A DNA stretch of 64,000 nt from a virus (taxonomy: Duplodnaviria; Caudoviricetes). Each line of letters begins with the position of its first letter. The first letter of the stretch is position 1. The position numbers and the translations under genes were made by a program. Location of the stretch: the IMG/VR virus record IMGVR_UViG_3300031994_000011, positions 1-64,000 of that record, one strand, 5' to 3'. Of this stretch, positions 10,382-23,948 are shown in pieces. A model generated the notes under the pieces. The model was not told the DNA's origin and did no database searches. It saw only the letters and a program-made list of their open reading frames with translations.

Positions 10382-13300
10382 TGGAATAATTATCGGCTTT
10401 ATCGTTGGTCTTTTAGGCGGAATGATTTTAATGGCTGGAGTAATGCTAAAAGATTTCGACAAAGCATGGGACGAAGCATATGAACTTGGATTCAAACATG
10501 GTGAAGAAGTTGAAAAGATACGACAAGTAAATGGACGCAAAGAAAAGATGTCGTTTGAATTACCAGAGGTAAATAAAAATGATTAATAGAGAGAAAATTA
10601 TTAAAGGACTTGAGTGCTGTAGCGCAATGAGCGGTGATAAATGCCAAAAGTGTCCATATAGTTCAGAATGTCTTAATGAAAGTTGGTCAGTTGGTATGTC
10701 ACATCTTGCTAGTGATGCGTTATGGCTATTAAAGACAGATGGCTGTGAAAATTGCGCTATGGCTATTGAAGATAGACAAATGGTTATCAGGTGTAAGGAT
10801 TGCGTATGGTGGGAAGACGGCAAATGTGAGAACGACTACGTGCGTCATCAGATATACGATAATGGATGCTATCCCGATTTTCATACAGACTCCGAATGGT
10901 TTTGTGCTGAAGGTGAAAGATGGTGAAACAGAATGCCTGACAAAGAAATTGTCATCAGGTCTCTTATGAATTGTAGTTCTGATGAATATGAATGTTCTGA
11001 CAAGTGTCAATATTTCGGGTACACTAACTGTGTTTATTCTTTGATGCGTGATGCCGCACAACTACTGAAAGCGCAGGAACCAATATTACTTGAAAATCAA
11101 CATAAACCTTATGGAATCAACACAAATGCCAACTCTCCATGGATTAGCAGATGTCCAAAGTGCGGTAAGAAAATAGAAGGTAAGCAAACGAGATTCTGTA
11201 AATATTGCGGACAGGCGGTAAAATGGAATGATTGATAGGAAGAAAGTAATTATCGGTCTTGAATGTTTGGCAGACCCTAATCCATATATGAATACGGAGG
11301 TAAATAAAGATGGCTGATATTAAGACGGTAATGAGTTGGTTGGAAGGACTGACGCAGGATGACTGGCGAATGTATTACTCCGACAGCGAAGTACAGGAGA
11401 TCGCAAAGGCCACACTTGCTCTGTTGAAAGAGCAAGAACCTGTGAAACCTATAAATGTATATATGTATCGAAAGATGTTCGTTAATGTCAGGTCTGGGTA
11501 TTGTCCGATTTGTAATAATCCAGTTGACGAAGAAGAAGGTAACAATTTCTGTTGCTCATGCGGAAGGAGACTAAATTGGGATGCCTGATAGGGAGAAAGT
11601 GATAAATGGTCTAGAGTGTTGTTTGGAATTTTGTGAACATTTGGTATACAAATGTGACGAATGTCCATATAGAGCAACAGAAGACGAACGTAATGTTATT
11701 GATTGGCGCTGTCATTTGAAAGAGTTGCGGAAAGATGCGCTTGAACTACTGAAAGCGTAGGAATCTATAGTAAGATGTAAAGATTGTAAACATTATGCAG
11801 TAGAAGATCATTACGGAAATTTTCACGGATACGAGATACTTGCCGCGTCAGATATTCCGACTTGTCATCGGTGGGGAAATGACGCTTGTATGGTTAAACC
11901 CGATGGATATTGTTTTCTCGCGGAAAGCCGGTGAAGTAAAATGAGCCTTGAGTTTGTAAATAGGATTTGTCCAAATTGTAAGAATCCAAACTATGTGGTT
12001 TCGCTTGGAGATTTTTCCAAAGCATATAAGTACAAGTGTAAGAATTGTAACAGATATTTCAACGATATTGATTTTGAGAAAGAACCACTTCAACCTGTTG
12101 AGAAAAACGAATGTATGAATACAAAAGTTGATATGGTTGAAGTAGTCCGGTGTAAGGATTGTAAATGGTATGATGAACGACTTTCCATATGCGACAATTG
12201 TGGATTGCCGCGGGAACAAACATTTTTCTGTGCTGACGGAAGGCGGTGAAATGAAAATGAAATTTTTTCCACTGGATTGCTCATATAAATGCCCATATTA
12301 CAAAGCATGCGATATGTCGATAGATGACTGGGTGTCTTACTGTGACTTGCTGAAAAAGCAGATTGATGATTGTGATGGTTGGTGCATTCGTTATCGTTGC
12401 CCTTTGGAGGTAGGAGAAGATAAGGTGAACCAGAATGAAAAATAAGAAGAAGATTTTAAATGTTTTGCAAAGTGTTCGTACTTTAGACGATAGCGTAATT
12501 GCACTAACACAGGAATTACTGAAAAGGCAAGAATCGTCCAAGGAAATCGTAAATGATGTCGTTAAAGGCCCTAGCGTCGCTATGTGTCCTGAGTGCTACA
12601 AAGTGTGGATAATGTTGCACCCAGAACAGATGCGTTACTGTCCTGGTTGCGGAAAAATGGTAAATTTCCAGTACATTGTTTAAATATTTAGGTTCTGTGC
12701 TGATGAAGAAGGACGGCGAAGTAGAGATGAGTGAAAAGATGACGATTGAAGAGACGATCGATGGACTTCAAAACATGATTCAAAGCAAAGTATTTATTGA
12801 ACACGATTTTAATGGAGTTGTAGATGAAGATGTTTGTGAACGTGCCATTGAATTGCTAAAAGAGCAGAATAAGATAATTAAGTCACTCACGGAAGAAAGG
12901 GAGAGGCGTTTATCAGAACGCATTGTGGAACTATAGCATAGTATAATGTGTTGCAATGTAGGATACAATACATGTAAATAATGCTATTAAACAAAGGGAG
13001 AGTAGTAAGTGTATGAGCGCGACAATTTACAAATGGATTATTGTTTATGAGAACGGTAATACAGAAGAAAAATAGGGAGAAAGCCCGTATGATTTTGTAG
13101 ATGATTTGACAGAAGTTCCTGTCGCTATTATTCGGAATGGATGGAAAGGTTGGTAAAGTGGGAATGATATTTAAGAAACGGAATGCATTATTTGGAAGAT
13201 ATCCTTGCTGCGATTTATTGAATAATGCACTTAGATTTATCTTTCGTGATAATGAATTATCTAAAAATGAATTAGAGGCCGCAAGTGAAATTATTATTGC

Positions 13301-14779
13301 GATACATAAAGCTAGAGGATACTTTCATAAAGATTTAAAAGAACAAGTTGAATTTATTATGAAATATCATAAAAATAAACGAGATGATGAGATGGATAAA
13401 TAACTATTTGGAAGGAGACGTAACAAAATGAAAAAAACTGCGAAGATCATAGGTCTATTTGCGATCATTATAGGTTTGCTTGCGATCATTGCACTTTTGA
13501 TTTCTAGTTGCAGTCCGGGCGAACAAAAGGAGCAGTCCAATGGCGGAACGTTTGTCTGTATTGGAAGCGACAAAGGCATTCCAGTATGGAATAAAATCTT
13601 ATACGACAAAGAAACGATGGTGATGTATGTGAATACTGAGGATGGAATTTGCGTAATGTTGAACGCAGATGGATCGCCGAAAGTATGGAAGGAGGAATAA
13701 AAATGCAGAATAAAATATTCATCAACGTGCTTTTATCGTTAGATAAGCCTTTGGACGAAGATGATAGTGAACTCCTTATAAAACAAGATTTGGAATGTGA
13801 AATAGGTTCATGTTGGCATTTTTTCAATATTGAGGATATTAGACAAATTACCGAAACAACAAAAATTTTGACAATTCGAGACATTATTAAATTGTCCGAT
13901 GTGAAAAAAGGGGCAGAATAAGTAATGAACGATGATGGAATTGATTACAAGAAAGCCTTTGAATTACTAATGTGTGCCATGATTATGAAGACTTTAACTC
14001 CTTCGACAGAGTCGTATGTGGGAAGTCCCGATTTATGTATTCAATGCATGCAACAAGGACGTAATTTTGCATATGGAGATGACGGCGAGAAAAGGATTGT
14101 ATGCGAACGGTGTCCATACAATATTACAGCGTATAAAGGATTTGATAATTCGTAAGCACGACAAATTACGTTAATTGTAGAGTAATTAAGAAATTAGGTA
14201 CAATTACTGTGTGGAGATGAGATAGAATGAGATTGATTGATGTAGATGCTCTAAAACTGAAATTTCAAGAAGAATGCTTGGCAGAATGTGCGGTATGTCC
14301 TAATTATGAAAAAGATGAAAATGGTATATGGAGATGCTTGCTTATTGATCGCGCGCCAATAATTGATAAATGGGTTAATGCTAAAAGTGATCCACCATTA
14401 CCATACACACCTGTTTTAGTTGCTATATATGATGAAACTTTAGAATCTTATTATAGAGATATAGCTTGGGTAACTACTTTAGATAACTGGGGTGGAGTTC
14501 CTTTAACAGAAGATGAAAGAGTAGTCTATTGGGCTCCTTTATTGCCAGCGCCGGAGAAAAAACATGATAAATGAATCAATTAAATTTGAGAACACAAAAT
14601 TATTTTCACCAAAGCAAGGTAAATGTGAATGGTGTGAAAGACATAATCAAAGTATTCGGTGGGTTGTAGGCGAAACTAATGGAATTATATGGACTATGTG
14701 GCTATGCGATAGTTGTCGTGAATGTAATGATTTGCGCGCACGCTGGCTAAATAATGATTGGAGGAAAAATGATGGGTGA
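10374..14779 (+). other. array of ~15 small overlapping hypothetical genes, many with CxxC zinc-ribbon modules
   Basis: ORFs at 10374, 10579, 10933, 11310, 11581, 11941, 12251, 12435, 12728, 13428, 13703, 13925, 14227, 14564; shared REKVIKGLECC, ALELLKxQE and VRCKDCK...FCA modules. Confidence 0.75.
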
Positions 14780-15143
14780 GCGTACTTGAATTTATCAGTG
14801 AGTTATCACATTCATAATTGATTATTTGTTATAGGTATAATTTGGATTATCGCGCGCCCACGCTACAAGATGGAGGACATTGACATGAATTATGAAATTT
14901 TGAAATATGATATTATCGAAAATAATGAAAATATTGCTACTTTTAAGAATTTGAATAATGTTTGTCTCTTTATTAGTAAGTATTTTGAAGTTAATGATAT
15001 TAAATATGTTAACGTTGTCGCAACCGTTAGCCATAGTATGTATGGCATTGTTCATATTACACTACGTGTCACCAATACTGGTGAAGTAATTGACCTAAAA
15101 GAAGAAGATTTTACTATTGATGATGAAGATGAGGAGTAATAAA

Positions 15144-15905
15144 ATGAAAAAGATTTTTGCTATTTTTACTATTTTTGTTCTACTTTTTGTAAATGCTCTT
15201 GCTTGTGATGGTATTATTCCTGTAGAAGAAAATACTTATCATACCTATACCGACCCCTCCTATTGGGCTATTGAGCAAAATTATCATGAACTCTTTGGCA
15301 TGATTTCTCCAGAAGAGACTGTACGAACTTATAGCATTCAGACTACCACATCTAAAACTGTTCGTGGCTTTTCTTCTACCGGTCTAATTCGTGTTAAGGG
15401 TCGCGCGCAGTATTGTACTAATGGAAATGTTATCGTTGGTCTTACTTTCTTGGACAATGTATCTATTACTATTTACCCAAGGTATCAGGCTATTGTAGAA
15501 GAAGTTGTAACTCGTAGAACTGGCGGCGCTATGTGTGCGCGCACCATTGCTTCATCTACTCTTTGGCAAGTAAATAGAACCGTATCTCATATTTTCTATA
15601 CTACTCAAAAGACTTTTATCGTAGGCGTTGTCTATTTTAATGGCGGCCGCGATTCAACTGCTCTTTGGTGCGGTGATTTTGATGGAGACGGAGATAATGA
15701 ACTTGGTTTTAAAGCAGGTGTAACAGATTTCAAACCTACCCCCTCACCTGAACCCACTAAGCGTCCGCCCGCCAAGCCGCAAGTGACTCCAAAGCCAGAA
15801 CCTACCAAGCCACCGTGCGCTAAAAAAGAGTGCGTAGATATTTTTAAACTTTGTTTTCAGCTTTGTATTCAGGTAAAGACTTGTTTTACTCCTTGTGAGA
15901 AGTGA
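15144..15905 (+). CDS. secreted/surface protein with Pro-rich C-terminus
   Basis: MKKIFAIFTIFVLLFVNALA signal peptide, DFDGDGDNEL motif, PTPSPEPTK repeats, Cys-rich tail. Confidence 0.7.
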   Translation: MKKIFAIFTIFVLLFVNALACDGIIPVEENTYHTYTDPSYWAIEQNYHELFGMISPEETVRTYSIQTTTSKTVRGFSSTGLIRVKGRAQYCTNGNVIVGLTFLDNVSITIYPRYQAIVEEVVTRRTGGAMCARTIASSTLWQVNRTVSHIFYTTQKTFIVGVVYFNGGRDSTALWCGDFDGDGDNELGFKAGVTDFKPTPSPEPTKRPPAKPQVTPKPEPTKPPCAKKECVDIFKLCFQLCIQVKTCFTPCEK

Positions 15906-16219
15906 GGAAATAAAAAATGTTTTGGTATCTTATACTTATGGCTTTACTAGGCTTTGTCAGCGGCCTTATCTTCTATGATAGGGAATTAAAAAGAGGACTA
16001 ACAAAAGAAGAGAAAATGTACTTAGATAGCTTTTGTCGCGCCCTTAAAGAAGGTAAGTATAAAGTAAAATCAACTGATGAAGATGAATAAATATTATCTA
16101 CCCTCAAAAAAAATATTAAAGAATAGGTAATATAATTCTACTTTTAAAAAAGAGATTGTCCTTTTAAGGACAATCCTATTTTTAAATTTAATTCGCTTAT
16201 GTGAATTAAGGAGGATTAT

Positions 16220-16760
16220 ATGCGAATTATAGATGCTGATTAGGCTATCAAGTTTTTTCAATCTATGAGCGCGCTATCTGTTGTAAATGGCGATTATGAA
16301 CGTTCAAAAATGTACTAGGCCGCGGTTTATGCCATTGACTAGTTAGCAGATGCTAAAAATAATATTGGAAAACAAGCCATTTATAAATTATTAGGCTGGA
16401 TAACTTAGTGCGGCTTTGGTTATGATGAACTTGATGACCTTTATTGGAAGTATTAGGATAAATTAAAAGATATGGATTATATTCAAGGCTTATTATATAT
16501 GGCCTAGCAAGAGGTGCGAAATGAAAATACTTGATGGTACTTACTTAGAATAGAAAATCTTATAGATTACAGATATTACAAAGAAGCTTTCTTTAAAAGA
16601 ACTTTTACAGGCTGTATAGGAAGCATAGCTTCCCACTTGTGAAAGTTGTGTTTATGGCGCGACGCCGCCAATGCTAAATGGAAAGAAATGCTATTGTGAT
16701 TACTATCAAAAATTTTTCCCTTCTCCGTATTATTGCGGCAGAGGGGTAAAAAGGATGTGA
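16220..16760 (+). CDS. two small TAG-rich hypothetical genes (16220-16534, 16521-16760)
   Basis: AAGGAGG RBS, MRIIDAD start; open only if TAG is sense. Confidence 0.6.
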
Positions 16761-17289
16761 TTATATGGAAACTTATTATTATGTTACTGCTTATTTTATT
16801 AACCCAATTTAATATTTATATGGCCTTTTTCATATTATTTTTAAGTTTTGGTTCTTTTATGGCAGTAACATTATATTTAATAAATTGTTTTTCAAAATAA
16901 TTGGTGAGGTTTATGTTTAATTTAATTGTTTTAATTATTATGGCGGTTATGGCCGCCTGCATTGCTGTTATGCAATGGGCTACTGGTAATAGATATAGAG
17001 ATACATTATGGGCCTGGATGTGCGTTTATTGGGTACTACAACTAATAAAAAATGTAGTAGATATTGTCCCTCAAATTTTTCTTCTTAATCCTTGACTTAT
17101 AATGAAATTTTTGTTATAATATTTATAGAAAGGAAGTAAGAAGAATGATGATTGATATTCAACTTCGTATTGACCTAATAGAAAAGCAACTTAAGAAACT
17201 TGAAGACCTTGGCGCGCCACAAGAAGAAATAGATGGACTCTATCGTCAATTTTTTATTCTACAGGATGAAATTTATTGCTTAAAGCATT

Positions 17290-18117
17290 ATGATGAAATG
17301 GAGGACATTTATGATTAAAATTGGTGAGCAAGTAATTAACTATGGCGCGTATGCTGATGGAACATTTTTTGCCGCATTAGATTGTAGTAAATATCCAGAA
17401 CATGAGCCGATTACTTGGCTTTTCGATAGCGAAGCAGAGTTCCTTCCTCTTTATTTTATTGTACAACATTTTAGAGATAGGGAAGGATATAGGCGCGCAC
17501 TGCGTCTGCCATACATTCCAGAGGCGCGCATGGATCGTGAGCAGCAGGATGGGGATGTGTTCACCCTAAAATATTTTGCCCAACTATTGAATGAATTTAA
17601 TTTTGATAGCGTTGAAGTATTCGATCCGCACTCTGATGTTAGTTGCGCGCTAATTGACCATGTTCATGCTCAATCACCAGCTTTTCTAATTAACTCTCTT
17701 CTTGAAAAATATCCCAATGCTCTTCTTGCTATGCCAGACGAAGGTTCTCTTCTTCGGTTACGAAATGTAGTTAATGTGCCGGCTGTTTTTGGTGTAAAGC
17801 AAAGGAATTGGGAAACGCAGAAAGTAGAAAAATTGGTGCTTGGCGGCGCAAAGCATAATATTGCGGGTCATGATATTCTTATTGCTGATGATATTTGTGG
17901 CAAAGGTAGTACAATTTATTATATGAGTAAATTGTTAAAGGAACGCGGCGCCGCTAACATCTATGTTTATGTTTCTCATTGTGAAAATACTGTTCTTAAG
18001 CCGCATATCAATGGTCAGTCATTACTTGATATTCCTGACCTTATAACTAAAATGTATACTACTAATAGTATATTTCGTGGAGAGCATCCTAAAATTGAAG
18101 TTATTCATAAATTTTAA
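17290..18117 (+). CDS. prs: ribose-phosphate pyrophosphokinase (PRPP synthetase) family protein
   Basis: LPYIPEARMDR, FDPHS, MPDEG, LIADDICGKGSTI, YVSH motifs. Confidence 0.85.
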   Translation: MMKWRTFMIKIGEQVINYGAYADGTFFAALDCSKYPEHEPITWLFDSEAEFLPLYFIVQHFRDREGYRRALRLPYIPEARMDREQQDGDVFTLKYFAQLLNEFNFDSVEVFDPHSDVSCALIDHVHAQSPAFLINSLLEKYPNALLAMPDEGSLLRLRNVVNVPAVFGVKQRNWETQKVEKLVLGGAKHNIAGHDILIADDICGKGSTIYYMSKLLKERGAANIYVYVSHCENTVLKPHINGQSLLDIPDLITKMYTTNSIFRGEHPKIEVIHKF

Positions 18118-18140
18118 CCCTTTGTGGAGGAGATTAAATT

Positions 18141-18632
18141 ATGGATTTAAATGTATATAAATTTCATTGTGACGGAAATAAATGGTGGTATTTACGCCAT
18201 CCTTTCCGCTTTATAAAAGATTTTTTTAGAGCCAGACGTGCGGCTAAACGGCGTGCAAAATATGGTTTTGATAATGGCGATGTATGGAATATGGATGATT
18301 GGTTTTGTGCTATTATTCCAGAAATGTTAAGGAAACTTGCTGATGATGGTTGCGCCTATCCAGGAAGTGGAAAATTTGACACTCCAGAAAAATGGCATGA
18401 CTGGCTACATAGCATCGCTGATTTGTTTGATGCGGCTAGCATCGACCCCGATGAGGAAAATGAATTTTCTAAAGAATTTCATGAGACTAGACGCAATGAT
18501 ATTAAGTATCAAGAAATTCGTGAACTGTATTTAGAAAGAATGAAAGAAATAACAAAAGAAAAGAAAGCTATGCGTGCGAGCGCTATGAAGGCTTTCTCTG
18601 AAGGAATAGTTGAAGGACTATTCTGGGATTAA
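18141..18632 (+). CDS. hypothetical phage protein
   Basis: 163-aa ORF with GGAGG RBS. Confidence 0.7.
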   Translation: MDLNVYKFHCDGNKWWYLRHPFRFIKDFFRARRAAKRRAKYGFDNGDVWNMDDWFCAIIPEMLRKLADDGCAYPGSGKFDTPEKWHDWLHSIADLFDAASIDPDEENEFSKEFHETRRNDIKYQEIRELYLERMKEITKEKKAMRASAMKAFSEGIVEGLFWD

Positions 18633-18781
18633 AGGAGGATTTATTATGATTTTTTCACCAAAGACACAAATTATGGTACTTGAAGGACGTATTCAAAAGC
18701 TTCTTGCGCGCGACCCTATTGAAAACATGAAAATTGTTAAGGCTTTGAGGCGCAAAATTCGTAGCTTGGAGGCGCGCGATA

Positions 18782-18970
18782 ATGGATGAACTTGTTAATA
18801 TTCTTATGCGGCGTGACGGTATTTCTGAAAGTGAAAGCTTAGAATTGATTGGTAATTGTCAAGAGGAAATTGATGAAATTTTAAATAAAGGCGGCAGTTA
18901 TTATGAAGCAGAAGAGTCATTAAGGTATTGGCTTGGGTTGGAACCTGATTACTTGGATTATTTTCTGTAA
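18782..18970 (+). CDS. hypothetical phage protein (ILMRRDG...GLEPDY)
   Basis: ORF within an operon. Confidence 0.65.
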   Translation: MDELVNILMRRDGISESESLELIGNCQEEIDEILNKGGSYYEAEESLRYWLGLEPDYLDYFL

Positions 18971-18987
18971 GAAAGAGAGTGTAGAGA

Positions 18988-19415
18988 TGAGAAAAGGTAT
19001 TTTTATTAAAGAAGAAAACGTTAAGTTTATCGTTAAGGAAGAAGAAAGAAAAGTTATTTGTATCTTGGATAAAACTACGTATGATGCGCTAAGAATAATC
19101 AATCATATGTCAAATATTTATATGGCGAATTTTAATAAAGATAGAATGATGCCAGATAAATTTGTTGGAATTGCTACTTGCGCGCCCGAAGATACTTGGG
19201 ATGAAAAAATTGGAAAGGCAGTTGCCTTTAATAAAGTATGTGAAAAGTATTATAAAAGTTTGTTTAAACGACTTAATACTTATATACTAGATGTTGATTA
19301 TGAATTAAATAAAAGTATCAATGAAATGAATATTTATGGTGAACGCGTAGGAAAAATGCTAGATGCTAAAAAAGAACATTTAAATAAAATTCTTGGAGTA
19401 GAAGAAAAGAACTAA
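18988..19415 (+). CDS. hypothetical phage protein (GIATCAPEDTWDEKIGK)
   Basis: ORF followed by an intrinsic terminator (~19402-19434). Confidence 0.7.
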
Positions 19416-19520
19416 GGTTCTTTTCTTTTTTTTTGTTTAAACAAAGAGCTTGATTTTTTTAATAATATAACTACCTATCTTTAGATGGGTAAATTCCCAA
19501 ACAAGAATGGGGTGATATAG

Positions 19521-22500
19521 ATGATATAGGTTAAACAAAGTAATGTTAAATTTAAGTATAATGACTCTGGCAATATAAAATATAGTCCATTATTAGATTT
19601 ACTTATAGTGGACCATTAGTCAGAGTATATAGACCAAGCAAAAAATAGAATATAGGGAATTGTAAATCAAATAAATAATAATTCTTCTGTTATAAATAAT
19701 TTTTGCGATGGTTATGCCGCGGAGCAGAATTATAATGTTGGTGATTATGTATTTTATAATGGAGAATTATATTGTTGTATAAAAACTATTCAAAATAGTG
19801 GAGAAACTTTTCCTGAAGATAGTTTTAAAAAAAGCACCGTTGGAGATTAGCTATTAAAAATTAAAAATATATAGCTTGATAGAATTAAAAAAATCTTATA
19901 GTGTGAAGATTCTGAAGAAATTGTTTTAGATCCAGAAGAAGATTTTATTTCTAATAGTTATATAGAAGCTTCTTCTGGTGATGAAAAACCAATAAACAGC
20001 AGTTATTATTATTCTACTAATTTTATTGATATTAGAGACTCTTTAAAGCTTTTATATACTAGAGGAGTGAGTACAAGTAATAGTCCAACTGTAGGTATGG
20101 CTTTTTATGATAGTAATAAAATTTTTATTCCTGAGTCTGGTCAAACAATTTTGCCATCAGGTGGCTCAGTAACATAGGAATAGATTTTTGTTCCTATAAA
20201 CGCTTGTTATGCGCGTTTTAGTAGTTATAATAAAAGTGTTAAAAAAGATGAATTTAAAGTAATAAAAATAAATAAAATTGTTGATAAAATTGATAATATT
20301 AACGATAGAACCAATGGCAGAATTGATAATTTATCTAATAATTTAAGTGAAATATATTCATCTAATAAATCATATTAGGTAGGAGACTGTTGTATTAAAG
20401 ATGATAAGCTTTATCAATGTTTTAGTATGGTTGAGCAAGCTTAGAATGAAAATTGGGATAATATTAAAAATAATTTTAGGTAGATTAAAATAGATAAAGA
20501 ATTCGAAAAATTAAAGAATTTTAAAACAAAATTTTTTGATTGGAAGTTGGGACGTTATGGTAGTAGTCAAACTGAATCTGAAGGAGTTTTTCAACGAATA
20601 AATAAAGGTGGTAGTATATATGATTATTGTTTAAGGATATCATGTAAATAGGGAGATGTTTTTTTAATTAAAAAAGCCAAATCACATGATAATGTAAGAG
20701 GATATGTTTTCGCTAAAAAAGATGCTGATAATTATTATTGGACATATTTAGCAAATCCTAATTGGTGCGCGCCGAAAAATACTGAATTTACAAATTTAAT
20801 GCTTACTGCTCCAGAAGGTGCTGAATATTTATTTGTTACTTTTGGTATTTCAGAAGATAATACTTCATGGATAAATGATGACAGATATGCTACTTATTAT
20901 ATAAATCCTTTAGCATTTCAAATAATAAAAATTTTAGAGAATATTTCTTCTTAGTATAGTGAATAGAAAGTATATAATATAGATGAATATTGTTTATATA
21001 ATGGAAAATTATATAAATGTATAAATAAAGTAATTAATTCTTCTTGGAATGAAAATGATTGGATTGAAACCAAAATCAGTGATGAATTATATAATGGTAA
21101 TGATAAAACATATGTAAATAATAGATTAGCATAGATTTCTTCTATTATAAACGATGCCTAGGCATATGCGGTTGGCACTCGTAATGGTATACCAATTACT
21201 GATGAAGATGATCCAATTTATCAAAGAAGTGCTCGTGAATATGCTACAAATGCAGGTGGTAGTGCTGCTGCAGCTTATGCGCATCTTACTCAAGCAAAAG
21301 CTTGGGCAATAGGTGAAGGTGTAAATAGCACTCATCAGGCTTATAATAATAGTAGTAAATATTGGGCAAATAACGCAGCAACTTCTGCAACTAGTGCTGC
21401 AATTTCAGCACAGCAAGCATAGGCAAGCAAAACATAGGTTGAAAGTGGTATAGAAACATGGTTATATAATAATATTACACAATAGACTGGATATGTACTT
21501 GATAGTTCTTTAACAAGTCAAAATGCCGCTGCACAAGCTAGCGCAACTGGTAATGCTATAGCTAATCTATAGAGTATTATTGCTTCACCTTATGTTTCAG
21601 CAATATCATATAATGAAGGAGATTATTTTACTAATAACGGCAATTTATATCGTGTAACTTCCGATATTGCGGCGGTGGATAATGTGAATATCGATGCGGT
21701 CAATAAAATTCAGGTCACGGCTGGGGCTGAAATTGGTGACTTAAAGAGCGCCGTTACCAATTTAGATAATATTGTGGTTGGCGAAAATATACTCGACTCT
21801 GAGTTGATCAAGAGTAAAACGACAAATGCCATCACGAATAACGGGGACGGTACATATACCATCGGTACTACTGATTACGGTACGGTTATATTTGGCCGGG
21901 AAGATGCATATGTTCTCCAGCCGGGAATGTACCTTTTATATGGTGTGAGCAACGGGTTTTCATTCTTATCGACAACAGCATCTCATACTGATGCAATATT
22001 TACAAACACATCAAACGAACCAAAGTGGATCAATATTTTAACAGAAATATCAGTATATATCGGATATAGAAATAGAGCGAGGCCGTCTGCATCATATGAA
22101 ATAGCTCCATACCTGAAAAAAGAAGGAATGCAGAAGGAATTAACGGATATTATACAAAACGAATTACCGAAAATATCTGGTACGATCGAAGCGCTATCGA
22201 ATTACACTCAGAAGCAATTGGATTCCGATGATTTCATTTCCGGGTATTGGAATGCTGGCGGAACAGCATATGTCAACAAAGGGGCGACAAGAATATCGGC
22301 GAATCAGATTTACCCATTGTCCAGCGGTGATAAAATCGTTTTTTCGACGGATGAGATGTACCTTGGCATCTGGGTAAAAAAAGCAAGCGAAAACGATTAT
22401 ACGAATGTATTTCCGTATGGGCTTACGTCAGAGCAAATAGAGATCGTTTTTGATGAAGATTCGACGGTTATCATCCAGATGAAAAAATCGAACGATGGCA

Positions 22501-23741
22501 CAATCTCCCCGTCTGATTATGATGCGAATATTACGATTTATCATTGCGAAACCGGAACGCTGAAAAACTCCGTCCCGATCATTGAATCCAATACGATTGA
22601 GGTGGAGCAGATTACATCTGCCGATTTCGTAAACGGTTACTATACGTTGATTACGAATGCTTTTTCAAGTAGTAACTCGTGCATTTGTACAAAATTTATC
22701 AGGTCTGTACGCAAGGGAGATATTATTCGGTATCATTCACCGACAATTCGGCTTGGCGCTTGGGTGCTGTATGCCGGGGATACGGCAGCGACAAATATTG
22801 TTGAGTACACTACAACGGTAAACGCTCAATCTTTTGTCCTGCCCAAGGATGCGACCGAATTGCTGTTCCAATGCAAGAAAGCAACCGGCAATATTTCCCC
22901 GAGCGACATGAATGCGGATATATCTATTATCAGGGCAAAAGCAGTTCACGGCAGGGAAAAAGACAGGCTGGCGCGATATGAATTTATCAAATCCGTCAAT
23001 CATCGTGGATATCAGGAACTTGCACCGGAGAATACACTCCCTGCGTTCCGTCTTTCGGCAGAACATGGGTTTGAATGGATAGAAACGGATGTGCAGTTTA
23101 CATCCGACGATGTGCCTGTTATTCTGCACGACCGGTCGATCAACCGGACGGCAAGGAATGCGGACGGAACGAGTATTTCCAGCACAGTAAATATTGACGA
23201 TATAACATATGCACAGGCACTTGATTACGATTTTGGGATATGGTTTTCAGATGAATACGCCGGGACAAAAATTCCTACGTTTGAGCAGATGATTTGCTAC
23301 TGTAAGAATCTTGGCTTGAAGGTAAGAATAGAACTCAAAGCGGAAACGGTGACCACATCAAACATCCCTGCGTTGGTTGATATCGTCAAAAAATACGGCA
23401 TGGTGAGAAACGTTGAATGGGCATCCTTCGGACTGTCCTTGATGCAGTACATATCCACAAACTACCCGGATTTCGATCTTGGGTATATCGTATCATCGAT
23501 TACAGCAACGGTTGTGAGCAACGCGCTTGCACTAAGAACTTTAAGCAATCATGTTACGGTTGCCGCCTCCGTCAGCAATTCGGATGCGAATATCAAACTG
23601 CTGACAGACGCAGATATCCCGTTCGATGCGTGGACAATCACGAATCCGGGACAAATCATTAACGGAAATAAATATGTTTCGAGCATTACAACGAACCGTT
23701 ATAACGCGCAGGAAGTGTTGTATGGTATGTTGCCGTCATAA
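19521..23741 (+). CDS. large virion/tail protein (1406 aa) with C-terminal glycerophosphodiester phosphodiesterase (GDPD) domain
   Basis: One frame open from ATG 19521 through many TAGs into ORF 21675-23741; GDPD motifs NHRG, APENTLPAF, IETDVQFTSD, LHD, IELK. Confidence 0.85.
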
Positions 23742-23948
23742 GTAATTGGAGGCGTTATGGTGTACGCGATCGGGGTGCTTGTCGGCATAGCATTTCTGGT
23801 GTTCCTTGCAGCTTTGTTTAAACAGGCGCGGGGAATTAACGGAGGCTTTAAGTAACGAACGGAGGTGATGAAATGAGCATCACCGTATCTGATAATAAAT
23901 ATAATTTAATAAATTCTAATATAATAAATAAGAAGGAGATGATATTAA

